Positions 57,965 through 64,000 of a DNA stretch of 64,000 nucleotides are shown piece by piece. How positions within the stretch are numbered: the stretch's first letter is position 1; every line of letters begins with the position of its first letter. The position numbers were made by a program, and so were the translations under genes. Origin of the DNA: the human T2T-CHM13v2.0 reference genome, Homo sapiens. The stretch lies in the NCBI RefSeq assembly GCF_009914755.1, contig NC_060932.1. One strand, given 5' to 3'. The notes beneath the pieces were generated by a model, which was given only the letters and a program-made list of their open reading frames with translations, did no database searches and was not told the DNA's origin.

Positions 57965-58273
57965 TGTGGGTTTTTTGGGGTTTTCTTGGGGAGGGACAGG
58001 GTCTTGCTTTGTCACCTAGGCTAGAGTGCAGTGGCGCAATTGACTTACAGCAATCTCCACCTTCTAGGTTCAAGCAATTCTCGTGTCTCAGCCTCCTGAG
58101 AAGCTGGACTACAAGTGCCTGTGTCTCCACACCCGGCTAAATTTTTGTATTTAAGTAGAGACAGGGTTTTACCATGTTGCCCAGGCTGGACCCAAACTCC
58201 TGAGCTCAGGCAATCCTCCCACCTTGGCCTTCCAAAGTGCTAGGATTACAGGTGTGAGCCACGACACCCAGCT
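57965..58273 (-). mobile_element. Alu (J/S intermediate)
   Basis: TSD atccaagagttatttt. Confidence 0.88.
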
Positions 58274-58274
58274 C

Positions 58275-59480
58275 TTCATCCAAGAGTTATTTTAAAGGGT
58301 GATTATAAGTTCCAAATGGAAGGATTTTGTTTTGTTTTGACTTCTGTTATTTTATTGTGAATTTCCAAATTTACTATATTGTGGTTAGAGAATGTAATCT
58401 TATGTAAATTCAGATTTTTAAACTCTGAGATTTTTTTCAATGTGGCCTAATATATCACCAGTTTTGGTGAATGTTCCACGTGATTTCAAAATAAAGCATA
58501 TATTTCTACATGTTAAGTATAAAATTCTATATCCTTTTATTATATAATAATTATTATTTGTGTTTAAATTTTTGATATCCTTAATATTCTTAGTTTGATA
58601 TTTTGATTTCTGAGTTGTAATGAACTTTCCTAAAATGGTTAAGGATTTGTCAATTTCTCTTTGTCATTTTGTCAGTTTTTGCTCTCTCTATATTTGAAGC
58701 TGTGTTAATAGGTACCTATTGGTTTATGATTAAGAAATGGCCCTCTTTTTAAAGTTTCTTGCCATACAGTCTAATTAGTTTTATTTTTATATTGTTATAC
58801 CTGCATTTTTAAATTAGTGTTTGCCTTGAATATCTTTTCAATTCCTTCTGGTCATTAAAAACTTTTTAAGTATAGTTTTTAAATGGCAAACAGCTGAAAT
58901 TTGTTTTTAACTCACTGTGAGAGCTTCTGTCTTTTAATAGAATGAAATTACCCTTTTGTGTTTATTTTGGTTTCTCATGTCTGATTATCCTATTTTTGTT
59001 TCCCAATTATCACTCTTTCTTTTTTCTTTATCCCCTTCGTACCTTTGTTGGATTGAGGATTTTTCCTCCTATATTTTATTTTCATCTTCTCTTGTGGTAA
59101 AGGAGTTATATGTCTTATTTTAATTTTTATAGTAGTTACACTCATATTTTAATACATGTATTTATCTTGTATTTTTTCTAACAACAGAGATATTCTGTAT
59201 CCTTTTGTCTTCTCAATCGTGAGAAAAATTTAGCATGATTTGATTTTCTTCCTTTCTATATCCCAGAAACTATGTAATTTACAATTTAAATTCCAGATTG
59301 TTATTTTAAGCCACTGGGTCTTTTCACATTATATATCAACAATTAGACTTAACTGTAAGTTTTGCTAGTATTACTCACCACTACTTCTTTTATCCCACAT
59401 ATATATCCCCTTTCTTACAATCATTGTTTAATTTACTAGAATACACCCTCAAATAATTCGTTCAAAAGGGCATGTGGATA
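58275..59480 (-). mobile_element. Degraded L1M fragment
   Basis: tgtggcctaatatatc...gaatgttcc...tatttgaagctgtgttaatagg resembles the L1M EN region. Confidence 0.65.
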
Positions 59481-60019
59481 TTTCTTTAGCTTGCTTGACT
59501 TTGAGAGCTCTTCAGTTTTTCCAGAAATCAGTCACCTGGAATAATTTCTGGCTCATCCAGTTCCAGTTTCCTCACTTAGTGTTTTACCTGTGAGGTGGTT
59601 GCTGCTGCCCTTTGTCCACATGGGAGACAGAGAGGGAGAAGGGGGAGTAAGTGTACCTGCTCTGCATCCAGTTCTTCCTAAATAATTCTGCCAAATATCC
59701 TGATGACTCTCTGTTGCCTCTTGGATTTAGTTATTTGGGCTTGGAGTTGCTGTGAAATGTACATGTCTTCAAGTCAGAGTTCTTTTGCATATATTTTGGG
59801 CTAAAATTTTTCTGAGTTTTGTTTCTCTGCTGGGGGTAAATAAGAGCCATCTCAGAAACCTACCCATCACGTGAGTGCTTCTGAGGGTCGTCAAGGAGGC
59901 GTCTGCTTAAGCGGTACCTCAGTGTGCTCACAGCAGCAGAGGGCTACTGTTCAGGTAGGATAGGGCTTTGATGGGTTGTGTCCAAAGCTAAACAGTCTCT
60001 TCTTTTCATAGTGGTCCTG

Positions 60020-60518
60020 TGTACTAGGGTGGTAGAGAGAATAATGGTCTTCCAAAGATGTCCATGTACTAATCTGCATAACTTGAGAATATGTTAACTT
60101 ACATGGCAAAAATGACTTGGTAGGTGTCATTAACTTAAGGATCATGAGACAGAAATATTATCCTAGATTATCAAGGTGGCCCAACGTAATCACAAAGGTT
60201 TTTATAAGAGAAAGGCAAGAGTTTAGAGTCAGAAAAATAGATGTGATCATAAAAGCAGAATTTTGAATGATGCACTTCGAAGATGGGGAAGGGGCCATGA
60301 GCCAAGAAACACAGAGAGCTTTTAGAACTGGAAAAGGCAAAGAAATGATTCTCCCTTAGAGACTCTAGAAAGAACACAGCTCTGCCAACATCTTGCTTTC
60401 TGCCTAGAATATTCATTTCAATCTTCTGACTTCCAGTACTGTAAGATAATAGATGTATGTTGTCCTAAGCCAATAAATATGTGCCAATTTGTTACAGACA
60501 CAATAGGAAACTACTACA
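60020..60518 (+). mobile_element. MLT1D-like LTR
   Basis: gaataatggtcttccaaagatgtcc...aatttgttacag...ataggaaactactaca. Confidence 0.85.
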
Positions 60519-61689
60519 GGTGGCATCTTTCTCCAGCAATAGCAATTCTCTGGGTATGGGATACATATTCCCCATGCTATCTTTAACAAAGGGCAGTCCA
60601 AGTCAACCAAGCAAAGCTCTTTGGATAAACCTTAGTTTTCTCCCTCCCTGCCAGAGTCAAAGGAACGGACAGGTGCTGTGCTATCTACCTCGCAAATGGG
60701 GAGCCGTGGCAGTTTGCACTTCAGTGGAAGCATGCTGTTGGGTCTTTTGGCTGCTGGAAAGGCAAAATGACTCAGGAATGCAATTAGGAGGTGAAGGACG
60801 AAGCATGGTTTAGGAAAGTGGGGCAAAGATGTGAGCAAATGAAGGGCTGCTCGCCCTGATGAAACTATCACGGGTTACCGGGTCCAAGGCATGGACCACC
60901 TGGCTAAGTTCTCTGCTCTGGCTGCTTTCCAGAGTCTCTTGGCTGTGAATCTCTGAGGGAAAGAAATCTCCCAGGACTATGTCTTTAAGTTCTTAAGTCC
61001 AAATTTTACATCTGGAAGCAACCTGCTCTTTGAGATGTGCAAGAACTTGTGAAGCCCAAGTTGACTTCTATAGGCTGGGGCTGGTCCAGCCAGGACCCAA
61101 CCTCACAGGACTCAGAAGCTCCATGCTTCACTTACTCTCTCCCTGATTCAACATGAGCTGGCTCCCCCTCCAACCTTATGGTAACTTGTTTCAGGCACCC
61201 TATTTCCTATGTCCACCTTGAAATTTTATCTGGGTCATCCTTGCTGATTCTGGAAGATTTCCATAACTTCAAATCTTAGAGAATAAAGATTAGGGCATAG
61301 ATTCTTTTCCTTCAAGAAGTCTCTGAGCTCTTTAACTAAATTGGTACTTGGTCCTCTCAAATGAGAAAATTCTGCTTCAAGGTGACTCTTCTGTCCCTGG
61401 CTGTGACTGTGAAGCAGGTGGCAGTCTCTTTATATAAAGAGAAAAATTAGACACATGTAATTTTTGGCAGTGTCCTCTTTGGGTAAGGCACTCTGCCACC
61501 AGCAAGCTTGAATCCCTGTCCTCTTATTTCCCATGAATTATCCTGACTAAAGTTATGCATCATATTGTAATGTATCTTTAAAGACAGGAGCCAAGTTTTA
61601 CACATCTTTGAATTTCTCATCACTTAACACAGTTTCTGGCATATTATAAATGCTCATACATATTAAATAGTTTGAAACAATACTTTGGG

Positions 61690-62065
61690 GCAGAGAATGC
61701 TGATTGGCTCATAATATTCATTCTTTCTTTTTGTTTAGTAACAGAACCCTAAAAAAATGTGCTTGGATAAAAGATGATATTTCTTAGCCCCTTTTGCAGC
61801 TATATATGGCCAGTGAGATATATGTGTTCTGAAGCTTCTGGGAAGCCTTCATAAAAGGAGAAAGCCTGTGGCCTGTGGCCCATCTGCTCTTCCTCCTTTC
61901 TGCTGTCTGGAACATAGATGTGACGGTTGGAGCAAAACAGGAATTTTTACATCGCAAGATGATTTTATGTCTAGATTTCCTTTATGTGAGAGCAATTAAT
62001 GTCTATCTTGTTTAAGTGACTTTATTTTAGGTTTCTGTGTACACCTGAACATCATCCTAATTAAA
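61690..62065 (+). mobile_element. Old MLT1(I/J)-type LTR fragment
   Basis: ctgtctggaacatagatgtgacggttggagc...ttgtttaag...catcctaa. Confidence 0.55.
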
Positions 62066-62299
62066 TCAAACAACGTTTCCCTTGAGCATAGAGAAAAATA
62101 AAAAAAGGAATCATGGAGAGTGGAAGCAGAGGAATCAGGAAACATTAAAAAAAATGCAATCCAAAATCTAGGGGTGGTGTATTCCCTAAAGTATTTCAAA
62201 GAACAAAACATCCAGTTTGTTCTGCTACCACATATGTTTTGGTAATGTGAATTAGCTCATACAAAACTGGTAAATGGGAGAGTGATATTTATCTAATAA

Positions 62300-62710
62300 T
62301 GTTGAAATTGTTTTGGTTGATATGCATGTATCCCAGTATGTGATTTCCAAGAAATCAGGGGGGAAACTTTCTAAACAATTAAAAAGCAAGCCTTAGCAAT
62401 ATGCAAACACCTTAAGGAAAAAACTTCTACAGTGGCACCTTTCTTTATTGAAACAAAGGCTGGGTTAGTGGTTTCAGGAACTGCTATGTATTTCATGATA
62501 TTAAGCTATCTGGTGAAGTGTGAAGACAGATAAAGAAGCTGCAAAAAGAAAAAAAGATGTTTGTTTGAAAACATTAGGAAGGCCCCTGAAGCAAATTTTT
62601 AACACTGATAAAACTGGCATTTTGAAAGTAAATACCCCTACATCTCAAAAGAGCAAGCCCCTGAGTTTAAAAGCTACTCAGGGTAGGCTGCTAGTGGAGA
62701 TTGACTGAGC
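62300..62710 (+). mobile_element. Ancient pogo/Tigger transposase fragment
   Basis: Frameshifted KGWVSGFRN...IKLSGE / DKEAA...QIFNTDKTG resembles the GW..RF...GE.ASAD..AA...QIFN.DETG signature. Confidence 0.65.
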
Positions 62711-62969
62711 CAGTATTTTATAAATAGAGGCTTATTGTTTTTGTTGGTGTTCTTGTTATAAAATTGGGTGGTATGGTCTGTCCATAGCCCTATTTGTGCC
62801 ATATGCCCAGTTATTTCCAGTGTATGCTTTTGTAGAATGCAAAGCTGGGTGTGAATGCACATGTGGTTTTACAAAGACATGGCTGTATGTAAGAAAGCAA
62901 GAAGACTGGCTTCAGAGCAAACTATAACTGATACTCTTTTTTCACATCTTAACATCAATTCTTCAGTCA

Positions 62970-63375
62970 GGGTTGGCTTTTTAACCTGCTTCCTTCCATA
63001 ATTTTATTTAACAACTAGAATCAAATCTTGAAAAATGCAATGCCTTAAGCATTTTACCTTTCATGCTTCCTTTCTCAGAAAGTCACTAGAGGACATGCTC
63101 ATCCAAAATGAGGCAGTGAACAAGGGACCGCAGGAATCAGGGACTCAGCATAGGAGAGCGTGGAATAAAGACCAAGATGATGGTGAACTAAGTCCCAGGA
63201 AAATAGCTGTGTGGACAACTGAAGCACAAACTGCTCAGACTGGGCTCTGGGAAGGGAGCTTCTGGGGGCGACTAGAACTGAGGGACTATCTGATATTTAA
63301 AAAGTAATGTCTAAAGGTGTTTTTCACAGATATATTGGGAATGCCAAGAAGAATTAGCTGTGAAAATATGGAGAG
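62970..63375 (+). mobile_element. HAL1-like LINE fragment
   Basis: ttacctttcatgcttcctttctcagaaagtcactagaggacatgctcatccaaaatgagg. Confidence 0.65.
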
Positions 63376-63482
63376 CTGATGGTACTTTTATTTCCCACTA
63401 GGTAGAATGGATCATGTGTCCTAGGTTGGCTCTTTGGGTTTAAGCAAAAATGGATGTCATCCTGTTACTTTTCAAAAGTCCT

Positions 63483-63787
63483 GGCCAGGCACGGTGGCTC
63501 ACGCCGGTAATCCCAACACTTTGGGCGGCTGAGGCGGGTGGATCACCTGAGTTTGGGAATTCAAGATCAGCCTAGCCAACGTGGTGAAACCCCGTATCTA
63601 CTAAAAATACAAAAATTAGCTGGGCGTGGTATTCGGCACCTGTAATTCCATCTACTCAGGAGGCTGAGGTACGAGAATTGCTTGAACCTGGGAGGTGGAG
63701 GTTGCAGTGAGCCAAGATTGCATCACTGCACTCCAGCCTGGGGGATGGAGCAAGACTCAGTCTCAAAATAGTAATAATAATAATAAC
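63483..63787 (+). mobile_element. Alu (AluS)
   Basis: Full dimer with (AAT)n tail; TSD caaaagtcc. Confidence 0.9.
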
Positions 63788-64000
63788 AAAAGTCCCAGTA
63801 AAAACCCGGTAGTTTTAATAGATTTACTTGCAGTAAACACATGGAACACCATCCTGCTTTTGTGCCAGTGGCCTCACTCCAGGGGGTTGTTCTATCTCCC
63901 CAAAGCATGGTCAGGAAGCCCTATTGCTGCACCTCCCTCACAGGTGCAAAACACAGTAAGAGCGCTATGATTTTGATTGTGCATGTGGCTCTTCTCAAGT

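Overview
This is human genomic DNA containing the complete CYP7A1 gene (cholesterol 7-alpha-hydroxylase) on the minus strand. Six coding exons run from 21236 to 12613 (80+241+587+131+176+300 = 1515 nt, 504 aa). The proximal promoter (TATA, BARE-I, BARE-II) and a ~1.3 kb 3'UTR are also present. About 3.4 kb upstream is a divergently oriented PPIA (cyclophilin A) processed pseudogene, sitting behind a truncated THE1 element. The rest is repeat-rich intergenic DNA: ~25 Alus, old L1M tracts, a young ACG-type L1HS-lineage insertion, MaLR and MER41-type LTRs, hAT and Tigger DNA transposons, and a two-LTR ERV-L-class provirus whose pol is largely replaced by nested L1/Alu. I found no convincing wholly new biological system. 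The best leads are: an Alu inserted exactly at the CYP7A1 poly(A) site; a microhomology deletion that leaves a THE1 5' LTR pointing into the PPIA retrocopy with no 3' LTR; two liver-type enhancer candidates downstream of the gene; inverted Alus around exon 4; an Arg-tRNA-primed ERV with unequal LTRs; and two short unexplained islands. Repeat subfamily names and SNP identifiers are from recall of consensus sequences and the literature, not from searches. Boundaries of old repeats are approximate.
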